A stretch of DNA of 64,000 nt from Octopus vulgaris (lineage: Eukaryota). The stretch covers positions 7,874,001 through 7,938,000 of the forward strand of contig OX597831.1 of the NCBI GenBank assembly GCA_951406725.2, written 5' to 3'. A program made the position numbers and the translations under genes. Below the pieces are notes generated by a model. That model did not search any database, was not told the DNA's origin, and saw only the letters and a program-made list of their open reading frames with translations. Shown here piece after piece: positions 48,650-62,506 of this stretch (position 1 is the first letter of the stretch; the number at the start of each line of letters is the position of its first letter).

Positions 48650-48960
48650 TTTCTCTAAGTGGCTTTGGAGAAAGGAGCTGTGTCCATGGCCAAGTCCACC
48701 TTGACCAATGACAACGTTCTTTTCGAACCTTTGTAAGTCAACATCTGAGGGAAAGACATGAATAGAAAGAAGGGCCAACAGTGTGAGAAATGAGGTGGAC
48801 TGGGGTGTGGTAATTACTGTAGGGTCTGAGAAATTAGACATAGCAAGGTTGATGAGGTGAGGATGGATGAACGAGTCAGGAACACCTGAATGGTGAAGAT
48901 GGGTATAAGCTCAACCAGTTCTGTGGAGCAGAGGCCATTATGGTAGTGGTAGAAAAGGTG
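48650..48960 (-). pseudogene. APE-type LINE (CR1/Jockey-group) ORF2 3' remnant
   Basis: LFYHYHNGLCSTEL...TRSS...VFPSDVDLQRFEKNV. Confidence 0.65.
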
Positions 48961-51586
48961 CATGGCCTCCTGGTTAAGGTGTTGCACTCCTGATTGCATG
49001 GCTTATGCTTTGGATTCCCAGAAGAGGCAGTGTGTTGTGTTCTTGAGGAAAACCACTTCATAGGTATGATAAATATGATCATATTTGATCAAGGATGACC
49101 TGGGGCTAAACAACATCTACAAATAAAGAAGTATCTAAAGCACTCCAAGACAAGAAAAGCTTTGAGCCTCTGGGACTTTCACTGATATTTTGGTTTTAAA
49201 ATTCCTTTGCAATACCTTAAAAGGGAACAACTATATGCAAATACTAGAAATAGCAACCAAATTGTGCTCAAATTATATCCTCTTGAATAATGAAGAACAC
49301 ATTGGATGATGTAGTCTTAGATGTACTTATTTCTGACTAAAATAGACATGGTCAAAAGCATCTTTCTATGATCACCAACCTGGTTGATCATTGCCTGCCC
49401 AGGGTTAAACAGCAACTGAATCTGCCACAGCTTTTCTAGCCCTGTACAAAGCATTGTTTTATTTTCGCTGAAGTGTACTTTGCCTTTCATCTGTTTGAGA
49501 TTGATAAAATAAAGTACAACTCAAGTACCAGTCCCTCTCCACCCACCCCCCACTCCACAGATATGGTGCAGGCATGGCTGTGTGATTAAGAAGTTTTCTT
49601 CCCAACCAATTGATCCTAGGTTCAAGTGTACAACACTGCATCTTGGTAAACCCAGGGCTTTTAGCATAGCCTCAGGTGGATCCATGCACTTTGAAGGAAA
49701 TTCGGAAGATGGAAACTGTACAGAATCATGTCTTGTGTGTGTGTGTGTGTGAAAGATGTCCACATCAGTAATAAAGTGTCAGGGAATCGGTGCATGGAAC
49801 CAAATTTCCATCCACATATCCAAGACACTCCCTGTTGCTCTCTGGCTTCAATGCAATGAACCAGTGATTGGTTCAACCTCTTACCAATTATGATGCCATT
49901 GTTCAGGCAATAACCATTCATTTATTTATGTTATTGAATCTGTAATCCAAAACTCTCATCTTTTGTCAGATCAGTCACTAATTTATAAATAATGAACTAC
50001 CCAGATGGTAACCACATTCTAATAATGTGTGCTTAAGCAAACAGAGTGAAGTATTTAAACCATTTTGTTACCATATATCTGTCAGAATACACTGACTGTT
50101 TCAAATAATTTTGAGAATAATGATATATTTAGTAAAATAACTTTGCCTTTATTAAACTGATGTTTGGAAAATAAAATAAAATAAAATAAATGAGAATAAG
50201 TTGATAGGCTCTGAGAGTATATTTCAGGACAGACATCTCAACAAAAGAACTTTTGATTTTACTGGTTCTGTAAAACAAATCAAACAACTTTTGTATTGTT
50301 TTGTAATATTTTTTGAAGAAGTCTTCATTTTTTTCATCTTTTTTCTTCAGTTCTGGCTGAATCAAATTTTCATTTTTCTCAAGATATTATAACATCAGTG
50401 AATAAATTTGTCTACAGACAATTGGTTTAGAAACGTCTCATGAATTAAAGTAATTTCTTTTAAACACACATCTACTATGTGAAACAGGCTTGGCTGTGTG
50501 TTTAAGAAGCTTGTTGGGGGAAACTACAGGGTTTTGGATTCTGTCCCACTGCATGATATCATGGGCAAGTGTCTTCTACTACAGCCCCAAGCCTACCAAT
50601 CCCTTGTGAGTGAATTTGCTTGATGGAAACTGTGTGGAAGCCCATAGTGTGTGAGTATCTGTCTTTGTGTTTGTCACACCACCTCTTGACTACTAGTGTA
50701 AGTTTGTTTCCATCCCTGTGACTTAACAGATCAACAAAAGCAACTGATAAATTATATACCAGACTTTTAAAAAAATATAAGTCCTGGGGTTGATTTATTC
50801 AAGTAAAATCCTTCAAGGCAGTGCCCCAGCAAGGCCACATTCCACTGACTGAAGCAAAAGTTAGCCCAAATCTGGTACAAAATTACCATTTTCTTCAGTT
50901 TCCATTGTAAGCTGCGATTACCATGTTTGTGGAACTTTTCACAACAATTGCAGCCACAGAAGAAATTTTCACTGAAATCAAAAATAAGGTCTCATGTTTT
51001 CAACCCTTTCATCTTTTTTTTTCTTATCTCTGTTGCAACCTGATAAACTCACCATGATTTTATTGAAGAAATTGATTGATTCTTGGTGGTGCTTTGATAC
51101 AACACAGATATCTCTGTGAATGTCTGATTGTTGTAGTTGTTCTATTTTCTATCCATCAAGTTCAACTGAACTGCTTCTGCTTCTGCTATCAGATTAAACA
51201 CTTTATAATTGTCACACAAATACGACTTTGACAGGAAACCTCATATGAAATGTGTAGCTTATCAAGAATTGACTGAGATTCGGATTAATGGTTGAAATGC
51301 CAAATGTGTTTTTGGTTCCTATTATACGAACATAGCTTCTTAATTCAAAGAGTCAACAAGCCCATCGAAGAATTTCTAATGATGCTAAGATAAAATATTT
51401 GTTTTTCCTTGTCATATTTAAACTTGTGAACTCAAAGTCTGGTTCACTTGGCATTCTAAATGTAATCACTTTTATCTCTACAGATTTTCTATAGAATTTA
51501 AAGCTAACACTGAAAGTTACAATGTTATGTATACAAATACGTCTCTGTAAATAATGCAACCGAAAGTAGAAAAGTAGGTAATGGGT

Positions 51587-51627
51587 GTATATGCATATTT
51601 CAGGGGACATTGCCCTTTCGTCAGTGC
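51587..51627 (-). ncRNA. Minimal hammerhead motif
   Basis: Minus strand gca-CTGACGA-AAGGG-caatgt-CCCCT-GAAAT-ATGC-ATA-tac. Confidence 0.6.
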
Positions 51628-52959
51628 TACATCCAACCCGTCAGCTATAATAATATAATATCTTTATCTTCAAAATAAAGAACAAGTACAGAGAAATGCA
51701 GTTGATGAATAAAAGCTGGTGCTGTAAATACCACCGCTTCATGTCCACATGATGTTTTGGTTGAACCAGATTCTATTAGAGATGGTTTTGGAATAGATTA
51801 ATTTTGGAGAAGCATTTAGTTGACAAAAGTAAAAAGTGAAAAAAAGACAATGGTTATTGTCAGAGAGGATTTTTTCGTTGTTGGTCTTCATCTAAATATT
51901 GTGATGTCATCATCAGATTTTATTCTGGAATTAGATGAAAAAAAGAGCATGACAGGATAAGTTCCATTGGCACTACCATCTATCAGGATATTTAGAATGG
52001 AAGACTGATCTGCTGTTGGTGCAGAAGCAGGAAAATGAAAGAAATTCAGATCAGAAAAAATGGTTTATGGATCTTTGTCTCTTTTACTTGTTTCAGTCAT
52101 TGGACTGTGGCCATGCTGGGGCATTGTCTAGAAGGATTTTGTCAGAAATAAAATTGAACCCATTTTGCCAAACTTCTGTTACAGGGATGTAACCAAACCA
52201 ATACTGGTTGTCAAGTAGTGGGGGTTAGGAAGGACAAAACATGACAGACTTCTACACAGTTTCTGTCTGTGAAGTCCACACACAAGGCACCGGTTGGCCC
52301 AAGGCTATGATAGAAGACACCTGCACAGTGGAACTGAACTCCAAACCACATAGCTGTGAAGCTTCCAACCCTCTCAGCCATGTTTGAATCTCTGAAATTC
52401 AAAACAAGAACGGTTTGTCTGGTGGTGAGATAGAAAAAGTTTATTGAAAAACACAAAGAGGTTAGTTTAATGATATATTTAAAGAGTGGTGGTCATGATG
52501 GGGGGGGGGTCACCATTTATGTTACTGAATTTGTTATCCAAAACTTTCATCATTTGTCAGATCAACCACTGAACTATCCAGACAATAACCACATTCTAAT
52601 AATGAAAAATTTACTAAAATAACTTTGCCTTTATTAAACTGATGTTTGGAAAATGAATAAACATGAAATTTTGATGAAAAGGTTAGAAATTAAATTCGTT
52701 TTAAAAGACAAAGTTTGTATTTATAGAACCAAGAACAGTCTCTGGTGGGTTGGAACCAAAATGGTTAAATCCAAATTCTGATGAACACAAGAAAGTCCTG
52801 GTGTGTGGCAGCTTAGGCAAGTGTCTTCTACTTATGCTCTGGGATGACCAGTGCCATGTGAGTGGATTTGGTAGAAGGAAACTGAAAGAAGCCTGTTTTA
52901 TCTTTTTTTAGTCTTGAAACAAACAACATCTTGGATTAACATCTTTAAGATGACCTGCA

Positions 52960-53345
52960 CCTTTAATTAGTGCCTTTTATTGTATGACAAATACCTTGGG
53001 ATTCATGTCTTTTGTTGTCCTCTTGTAATGACCGATGTCTTAGTTTAGTATATTTTATTGTAGCCATGGAAAACTAATTCCTTTGATTACTGTCTTGTTT
53101 AACCTTCAAGAAACCAATTCCTTTGATTAATGCCCAATACTGTAGTCTCGGATTAGTGCCATGTTTTAGAGTTAGTTATTGTAGCCTTGGGATTATAAAT
53201 ATTTCGGATTAGTGTTTATTATTGTAGCCTTGTGATGACCAACACCATTGGCTTGAGGCTTTTCTTTCTTTTAATGTTGGTACAACCAAGAGCTTATATA
53301 AGTGTTTTATTTTAGCCTTTGGATGATGAAAACCTTGGATTAGTT
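52960..53345 (+). repeat. Degenerate ~40-bp minisatellite
   Basis: Recurring ttattgtagccttggga...ttggattagtg unit, about 8-9 copies. Confidence 0.65.
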
Positions 53346-54399
53346 TTCTCCTAAGCGAAGATTTAGAAATTAGCAGAATTATGGCTTTTGATTACATTAA
53401 TTATTTAAGTAAATTATGTGCAAAATTTACTCTGCAACCCATTCAGAATTGGTGGAACAATCTTTGATTGTGAAAATTGGGGAGATTTTTACGAGGTAAA
53501 AATATGAAAAAGGTGTGTGTGTGTGTATTTAATGATTTAAACAATGATTACATATGTATACATATGACCATGTCTGTATTTTTGCACCTGGTTTTGTACC
53601 TGTACATATTTTTTCACTTGTTCCTTATGTATTTTTTCATCACCACATGTGTATATAACGTGTGTGTGTGTGTGCATGTGGTATTCAACAATTGACATTT
53701 TACTAGAAAAAAGCACCCTGTCCTTTTGCCATGTTGGCATTGGAATGGATAGATTTTTCTGAGACAGTGTTTTTTTCTGGCTGGCTGCCTTTCCTGTCAA
53801 CAATCCCTTTTTCATGTTACCCCCCCAATGATTTAATCTAAAACTGAGGTGCACACCCAATCTTATTAAAAGAAAGAAATATAAAGTGAATATTTCTGAA
53901 GTAAATTTCACTGAAAACATAAAAGATTGTTGAAAGCAGTTAAAAAAATATCCTTGTCCAATGAGAAATGTTTATTTTCCTGAATTACTTCTTAATTTTC
54001 TGAGGAACACAAGAATAAAAACCAAAAATAAGATAACAGAAATACAGCAGAAAATGGTGTGAAATACAAAAATGAAAATGTGAATGGAATATAATCAGGA
54101 TTGCAGAAATTGGTAAGTTCTAACCAGCAAAACATGTCCTTGACCAGAGAAAAATTATTTGCATTCCTGAATTCCTGATTAATTTTCTAAATAATACAAA
54201 AAGTGAAACCAAATTGAAAGAAAATAAACAAAGTAGAAAAGGGTGTAAAATGCTAAAATGAAATTGTGAACAGAATAAAATAGGAATTGCTTTTAGCCAT
54301 AAACGAACTTCTGTAATGTATATTGTAATGGTGAAACATTGAAAACGTTTGTTAGTTGCTGCCATGACTATTGATGTACATGATGCCAATACATTTTTA

Positions 54400-54610
54400 A
54401 ATATTGAAAGAATTCTTTACAATTCAGCGTTTGCCAGAAACCATAGTCAACGACAATGATATACAATTTGCCCAGAAACTGCTGTCAGGAACAATGATTT
54501 CAACTTTACCAGAAACCATAGTCAGTGACACATCAGAAGAAATTTCCAATTTGTACAAGAGAATTTCAATAACACATTTTGTGTTCTTTACCTAGCATCC
54601 ATTGGTAAAC
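54400..54610 (+). pseudogene. Ty3/gypsy integrase core remnant
   Basis: LKEFF...LPETIVNDNDIQF and LPETIVSD.TSEEI..L.KR.SITH resemble GLPETIVSDNGTQFTS..F. Confidence 0.75.
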
Positions 54611-55639
54611 CAGAATACGTAAACTAAAGGATGTTACATCGAGCAATTTAGTGAAAAGGATGCGGTAACTTGATTTAACTCGTTTCTGAATATCTACAAC
54701 TACACCAAGAGTTTTTGGTGAACAAAGGTTTGTTACAACACTTGCTTGTTTCGAAACTGGAAAAAGATTAATAAGAGAATTTGAACAAAGGCAGTGCTCC
54801 AGCATGGCTTCAGCAACTGGCTGAAACCAGTGATAAAAGATAAAAAATATATAATCTCTTCTTCTTGTTCTACTTCTTTTATGGCTGCAAGCGATGTTGA
54901 ATGGTTCAGATGTTTGCTTTGAAGTGTATTCTGTTATAGCCATGGCTTGACCAATGCTCTGTCAATGAAATTTGGAAGACGGAAACTGAACAGAAGCCCA
55001 TCATCATTGTCCTTCTCCTCCTCCTCCTCCTCTTCACTGCCACCACCACCACCACCACCAAATTCTGTGCCTAGAAGAATAAGTACTAGGCTTACAGAGA
55101 ATAAGTCCTGGGGTCGATTTGTTCGAATAAAGGCGGTGCTCCAGCATGGCCACAGTCAAATGGCTGAAACAAGTAAAAGAGAGTATATATAACAGGAGTG
55201 AGAAGGATGAAAGGGAACAAGGGAAAATAAGGAGTCACATGTTGCTTTGTGTAGGAAAAGGTTTGACTATATACATTTTTGAGTTTTGCAGCTAAAACGG
55301 GTTTTTTGTAGATTAGGAAAAACATCATATTTAACTGACCTGGATCCGATTTCATTGATTTGGGTTTTTAAAAGTTTTATGTAATTTTTCCATATTTTTC
55401 TTCATTTAAAACCATGTGCGGTTTAATGTAATGATGATGGTGATGATATGCATAAATATAGAACAGTTTCTATTTACCAAATTTTCTCAAATATATAAGT
55501 CAATCTGGGCTACAAGAGAAGATACATGTGTGAGATACTTGTCAACCTGAAGCATCAGTAAAAAGAAAATACTTGCTCAAGGCGTTTTGATCAATAAGGA
55601 TTGTGCTATGAACGTCATTGTTGCAGAGCAAACTTGCTA

Positions 55640-56018
55640 ACCACAAGTGCCAGCGGCACATAAAAGGCACCGTTCGAGTGTGATCGTTACCAGCGTCGCC
55701 TTACTGGTACTTGTGCCCGTGCTAGTAGGGTGCCAAGAGCACCATCCGAGCATGATTGTTGCCAGAGCAGCCAGCTGGCTTCCGTGCCAGTGGCACGTAA
55801 AAGGGCACCGTTCGAGCATGATTGTTACCAAACTAGCCTTACTGGCCCCCATCCCGGTGGCACGTAAAAAGCACCCACTACACTCTCGGAGTGGTTGGCA
55901 TTAGGAAGGGATTGGAGCCTGGTGCAGCCATTTGGTTCGCCAGCCCTCAGTCAAAATCGTCCAACCCATGCTAGCATGGAAAGCGGACGTTAAACGATGA
56001 TGATAATGATGATGATGA
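55640..56018 (+). mobile_element. SINE family A with four internal units and an internal deletion
   Basis: aggaaggg joins directly to attggagcctgg; (GAT)n tail. Confidence 0.85.
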
Positions 56019-56879
56019 CAACTATATTACTAATAAAATAGTTTCATTTATTTTTAATTTTATCAATTTTTGTTTGTGTTTTTCTCTTTCATTTCCTAAT
56101 TAAAATGTTTCAAATTAGTATAATTTTTATATTTTATTTTACTTTTATTTATTGTTTTTTTTTTTCCCTTTTTAACTTCTTTTAGTTCACATTGGTGTAT
56201 ATTTAAAATTTTTTTCCAACATGAGAGATTTCATCTGTAATATAACCCTTCAAGCATTAACGGAGATCTTTCTAAAATCATTAAGAAACCCAGATTCATG
56301 GTGGGAGCAGGGATTGCAAAACGAAAATGGTTTTCTTTGTTTCTTTTTTATTTCAGGTGTAACTTAGTTAAGCTTTTTTTTCTATTAATCTGGGTAATAC
56401 TGAGTACTTGCTGTTAGTATAAAGTCTGCTCTAAGCAATGAAACATTACTCTGGAATATTATTATAATTCCAGATTGTAATTATTTCATCCAGATCTTAT
56501 ATATGTACACACACATGTATATGTGTATATATGTATGTATATGTGCAAATGTGTATATATGCATAAATATATATATGCATATATTTATATGCATACACAC
56601 ACACACACACACACACACATGTGCATACACTCAGTCACATAGCTGTAGCCATTGTATTAGTAAAAATAACATTTTCAATTAAAGTTTTTAAAATCATTTA
56701 AAATTTCTTTTGGTGAATTTTTTTTTATCATAAAATATCAACTTACAACTTTTTGTTGCACTGAATTCAAATGATTTAATCAAAGTTTTTTTGTTTTTTT
56801 TTTCTGTGAAAAAATGTTCAGACTATGTTGGGAAATTATTTTGATATTTTAAAAATTTTAAATCTGTTAAAGAAAACTT

Positions 56880-57155
56880 TCTGTATTTACCAGAATCTAA
56901 GACATGCTCTTGCATGAGATGCACCCCTATCTTCCAAGAATATTTTGTGGAAAAAACAAATTTAGTATGTTTTATAATACACACTTATTGAAAGATATTT
57001 TAAATTGGTTTTTCAGAGAAAATGTGTGATTCTATGATTGTAAGTAAAATGTTGTGACAATATACTGGAATAAGTATGAAACAGTAAATTTATCAGAAAT
57101 AAAACTACATTATAGGAGCACCATATTTCAACTTTGTCTTTTCTTAGTTCACATG
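56880..57155. mobile_element. Uninterrupted inverted copy of the 39195-39693 repeat
   Basis: Reverse complement match. Confidence 0.7.
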
Positions 57156-58309
57156 GACTCACTGGGTAACTTGTTTTTGTATTTGTGTTGTCTAATTGAC
57201 TAATAATAAGAAAAGAAGTGAAACAGAACCAGTGTGTGTACATGTGTATTACTGTCATAATGACCCACCTGAGAAGCAACAATATCAATGTATCATTTGT
57301 ATAGATTTTACTGAAATAGAATTTGATGTGTTTGCTGACCAATAAGAATTTAATCATGAAAATTAAATTCACTGAGAACAAAACTATGGATTTCTTTAGT
57401 TTTAGGTCAAATTCTGAAGAATTCTAGCCAAATATTTGCTTGACTGACTTTAGAGCAAGTTATTGTTATATTAGAGATAGATATTTTAGCGTAAAGCAAG
57501 AAAGATAGCAAATGAAAGTCTTAGTGAATATTCCATATTAATATCTCCGTTGTAACCAGCTTAAAACTAATGCTTCAAGCTAATTTAATAAACATTTTCT
57601 TCAGCATTTATTTCTGTCCTGGTCTCCAGTTAGTTTCTGTCTTCCACTTGTTTTAATCTCAGAATGTAATCCACAATATACTGCCGTAGGCTTTTTAAGT
57701 TGTGCCTAGAAGAGTGCCGACTATGCTGAAGCATTTTGGTAACGTTACAATGTTATAATTGAATATATTCCACTAGAATTCTTTTGGAAATTATATTTCA
57801 TTCGATTGCTCTTGAAAAGGAATTATAACTGGTCGAGTTGAATGACATCTCAGACTTCCCAACCAGCTGAAGAGAATTATGGTTTTTGCTTCCTTACTGC
57901 TGCTGTGGCTCAGTGTTTATGGCCAATATTTTGGCTGTTTTGCCCAAGACTAGCTCTGATTGAGTCACCCAAGGATGAAAGACATTCCAAACATAACCAT
58001 CTTGCCTTTTCCCCCTGGTAGTGTGTATTCAGGATTACATTATCAACTGCATCTTTACCCTTCTAAGAGAGTAGGGTGCAACATGAGAGATATATATAGC
58101 TGTCGTTTCTGGCACATCAATGCTCTCAATGGTACAGTTCACTCAGCTGGTGATGTTTAAAGTATGAAACTGGCGTGAAAATAATTGATTCTCTTCAATT
58201 CAAACTCTGATGCTTATTTCAAAATAAAATTGTATTACAACGAACTTTATAAAATAATGCTATTTTGAAGTGAAGATTCATTGTTAATTAAATTTATGTT
58301 TTCAAATTT

Positions 58310-58610
58310 AAAGATGAAAAAAAAAAGTGAATTCAAGTGATTATGGAGCATGAGTTCAAAAGCTATGGAAACAGGTCACAACATTAAGCAAGCATTTGCC
58401 CAACGGTGTATTTTTCAACTCAACATCGGTTCTAAAACTTTTGCAGTTGAGACAAGAACCTTGAAAATAAGGAAACTAAACTTGTGGATGATTTTCTTCA
58501 ATTAGCAACCAGTTTAAGGTTCATTATTGGAGTAGATCCATACAAAACAACACAAGAAGTGGTTGAAGAATTAAATGTAAGATAGTCAACTGCTGTTCAA
58601 CATTTGCATC
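58310..58610 (+). pseudogene. Mariner transposase N-terminal (HTH) remnant
   Basis: MEHEFK, AMETGHNIKQAF, DKNLENKE, DPYKTTQEVVEELNV; stops and frameshifts. Confidence 0.75.
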
Positions 58611-58734
58611 CCAACAGATAAATGGTTGCATCCCAACAGATAATTGGTTTGTCAGCATAAGCTGGAAAGAACCAATGTTGACAAAATCTACTCTATATGT
58701 CTTGTGGGCAATAAAAATGGTCAAACGGTCTTAC

Positions 58735-59195
58735 CAGAACCAAGAAACAAAACAAAAATAGTGTAATAGCCATGGCCTTTAAACTATAGTGTTTGACCCG
58801 AACACAAAAGCAAAAGAAAAATAGATTAATAGGTGTAAAACAACTTGCTCTAAACGAATATGAAAAAAAAAATGCGCTCGTGAAAGAGGTGGTGGGGGAG
58901 AGGACTCGGAAAATTCACATCGTTGGTCCATGGTCAACCCCTTTCGCGAGTGCGCATTTTTTTGTTGTCATATTCTTATAGAGCAAGTAGTTTTACACCT
59001 ATTACACCATTTCTCTTTTGTTTCTTGGCTCTGGTGGGATGGCTCGGAACATTCACGATGTGAATTTTCCGACTCCTCTCCCCCACCCCCTTTCGCGACC
59101 GCGCATTTATTTTTTTTCATATTCGTTTAGAGCAAGTTGTTTTACACCTATTACACTATTTTTCTTTTGTTTTTGTGCTCAGGTCAAATGCTTCA
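58735..59195. mobile_element. MITE-like inverted-repeat cluster
   Basis: 58790-58925 is the reverse complement of 59057-59190; a third partial copy lies at 58935-59025. Confidence 0.8.
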
Positions 59196-59819
59196 GTTTA
59201 ACCATAAAAACGATCCATTTATGAAAATAGATTTTTATTATGTTTGACAACTGTGCAGTGTCTAGATCCGTGATTCCCAACGTGGGGCAGGGCAATATTT
59301 TGGTGAGGCATACGTAAGGTTATGTACCTTTTGTACACAATGTTTTTAGTAAACCAATTGAGAAAGGGGTCAATTCGAGAATGGGTTATAAAAAAAAATA
59401 AGAAAAGATTCTTTACATCCCTTCTGAGGACAATTTTATCAAATTTTGGACACTTCAGAGACGTTTTTATAATATTCATAAGGTCTGATGTCACTAAAGA
59501 GGGAATAGATTATTTCCTTCGATTTAGTGGTGTGTGAAAACATGTAGGTAATTACGAACGTGTATGTGTGCTTGTGTGTGCGTACGTGTATGTAGTATAG
59601 AAAGTACGGAAAGCGATGACATCTTAATTCCCTCTGCAGGAATAAACTGGAGACAGACTTAGTTGTACGGGTGTGTCTAAGACTCTTTTATCTCTAGGTA
59701 CACAAGAAAAATGTGGTACTGTATAGCAATAAATGGTGATCGGGAGCGAGAGATGAAAGAATTGAATGGTGCGAAATGGGTTGAAATGGAGTGGAAGTAA
59801 GAGGTAGTGTCAGTGAAGG

Positions 59820-59865
59820 AAGAGAAAGGGGCTGAAAGAGAGAGGGGGAGAGGAGACAGACAGAC

Positions 59866-59896
<31 letters not shown>

Positions 59897-60160
59897 AGGA
59901 GATAGACAGATAGATATAAAGAGAGAGAGAGGTGAGAAGGAGACAGACAGATAGAAGGAGACAGACAGATAGATAGATACATATAAAGAGAGAGAGATAG
60001 ATAGAGAGAGAAGGAGACAGACAGATAGATAGATAGAGAGGAGAGAATGAGACAGACAGAGAGAGAGAGAGAAGGAGGCAGACAGATAAATAGATAGATA
60101 CATACATAAAGAGAGAGAAGGAGACAGATAGATATATATATATAGAGAGAGAGAAAAGCA
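59820..60160. repeat. (GA)n/(GATA)n/(GACA)n compound repeat
   Basis: Direct reading. Confidence 0.92.
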
Positions 60161-61109
60161 GACGATTGATTTATGGCGCTGGTAACGCACGATACACACG
60201 TATATATATATATATGAAGAGAGATGAAAATTAAAAGGTCATTTTATTTCCACCGGTCAGTTTGTGAATTCAACCAAAAGGTAAGAAAAAACCTTCCATC
60301 TTGGATACAAAGACTTTTTCAGCTGAGAAGATTCACGGAATATTTTCCGTTTCTTTTTGAGCAGATTTTCCGAAAGGTTTCACTGAAATCTTTTCCAAGA
60401 AATTGTTGCCAAAATTTGCTTCAACCGAAATTTCTTCGTGGTTTGATTCAAAGGCATAACTACAGATTTCTGCTCCACTCATGACTTTGGACGATAACTT
60501 TCAGAAAAATGGATATCTTTTAATGAAATTGTCTACGAATATGTGTTATATAATGTAGATTCCGAATATACAAAAATTTTGGGGGGAAAGTGTTTCAGGA
60601 GGCGTTAGGGTGGGGAATATCGGAAAATTCACCGGAGTCCACTTCAATTCGTCTTAACTTTCAAGAAAATGGATAAATTTTGTAATAAAATGCTCTAGAA
60701 GTATACCTCAGACTATGTAGATTCCGAGGACATAGGAATTTTGGGGGAAGGGACCATTGGGGCTATTTTAGAGAACTGTTCCCCGCCCGCGGGTGTTTCT
60801 GAACAAGTCGTCCATATTTGCTTCGTCTTCTCCGTTTGTGCATCTAAAGATTTCTACTGAAGCAACAAAAAAGCAATGAAGGCAAACGAAACCCCCACCA
60901 GAAAACTCGTTATGCTTTAAAAAAACAAAAAGCTAAAGGTCTGATACACGGAAATATGTTATTGAGACGAATTATCTGTTGCATACGATTTTTATTCTCT
61001 TTAAGTAAATTCCCAGGTAAACGTTTCTAATTGAAAGGCAGAAGACACCAGAAGCAAAAATTGGGAATATACACGCACAGTTAAATATAGAAGTATAAAG
61101 CATAATTTG

Positions 61110-61397
61110 TGGATCTATTCGATTTGACGTACAGATTTTTTAATTAATTTTTTTAAAAACTAAATACTTTGAAACTTTGGATACTGGTAGAATGTGTCAC
61201 ATAGAACAGGATTTGCTCTTAACGTTTTTGACAAAATTTTGTATTTTAGAAGTTATTTCGTGTTAAAGTTGTCGTATTTTGGGTAATTTTAACCAATCAA
61301 TTACGTGTATTCAGCTGAAGAAAATTACTATCCGAAGTTTCAAAGTATTTAGTTAAAATTAATTAAAAAATTTGGCCGTCAAATGGAATAAATCTTA
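61110..61397. mobile_element. MITE with ~70-bp terminal inverted repeats
   Basis: atctattcgatttgacg...aaatactttgaaactttggata versus tatccgaagtttcaaagtattt...cgtcaaatggaataaat. Confidence 0.75.
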
Positions 61398-62104
61398 ATT
61401 TGTTACATAATCTCTATAATAAACATAATATTGAATGGAACAATTCCCTGTTTGAGCTTCTTAATTCCATATGTGTGTGTGTGTGTGGTAGAAATCTATG
61501 GATAAACAATTTCATTAAGAATATCCATTTTTCTCAAAGTTATGATCATCCAAAGTCAGAAGCGCAGAAATCTGAAGTTATGCTGATTCAAAAATACATA
61601 AAATGAGTCGTGCAAGTAAAAAAAGGTTCATCAATATTCAGAGGAATATTTAAAATTTGGATTTACACCCGCTGTCCACGATGAACTGTCACCAAGTTAT
61701 GGGTTTTCCTACAAATTCCGGTTAATGTTTACATCTTGACTCGAGAATGAAAATCCCAAATGGGTATAAAACAATGTGTAGGAAACGAAAAAATGCGCGC
61801 AAAGCAATGGCAGGATGAGGAGAGGACCTCGTAACTTTTATGAAAATGGGTTTTTTTTTCAATGAAATTTGGATGATCATAACTTTCAGAAAAATGGATA
61901 CTCATAATGAAATTGTCTATCTGTAAATTTCTACCACACACACACATACATACATACATACATGTAATTAAAAAATATCATTTCGTAATGTATGCATTTC
62001 AAACGGCATACATTATGATTCTAAAGAAATTTGTGGGGAAAATCTTTTCCAAAGGGGTGGCAAGAGGACTTCGGAAAATTCCCAAGATCCAAGTTTTTCC
62101 CTCA

Positions 62105-62140
<36 letters not shown>

Positions 62141-62506
62141 GTGTGTGTGTGTGTGTGTGTATGTGTGTGTATGTATATATAATATATGTATCTATCTATA
62201 TATATAGATGGAGAAAGTAATAATGAGTCAATGAGAATAACAACAAAAGGTTTAAAAAAACGTTAAAATAATTGAAAATGAAACAAGATTGAAGCCAAAA
62301 CACTAAAAAAAATTATTGAAAGTGGGTAGAAATAAACACTACGTGTTTCTGTAGAAAGTTGAATGTGATTTCGGAATATAACGAGGAAAAATTCAGATCT
62401 TGAGAATTTTCCGAAAGTCCTCTCCTCACCCCCTTGGAAAAAATTTTCCCCACAAATTTCTTTATAATCGTAATGCATGTCATTTCAAAGGTATTTATAT
62501 AAAAAA

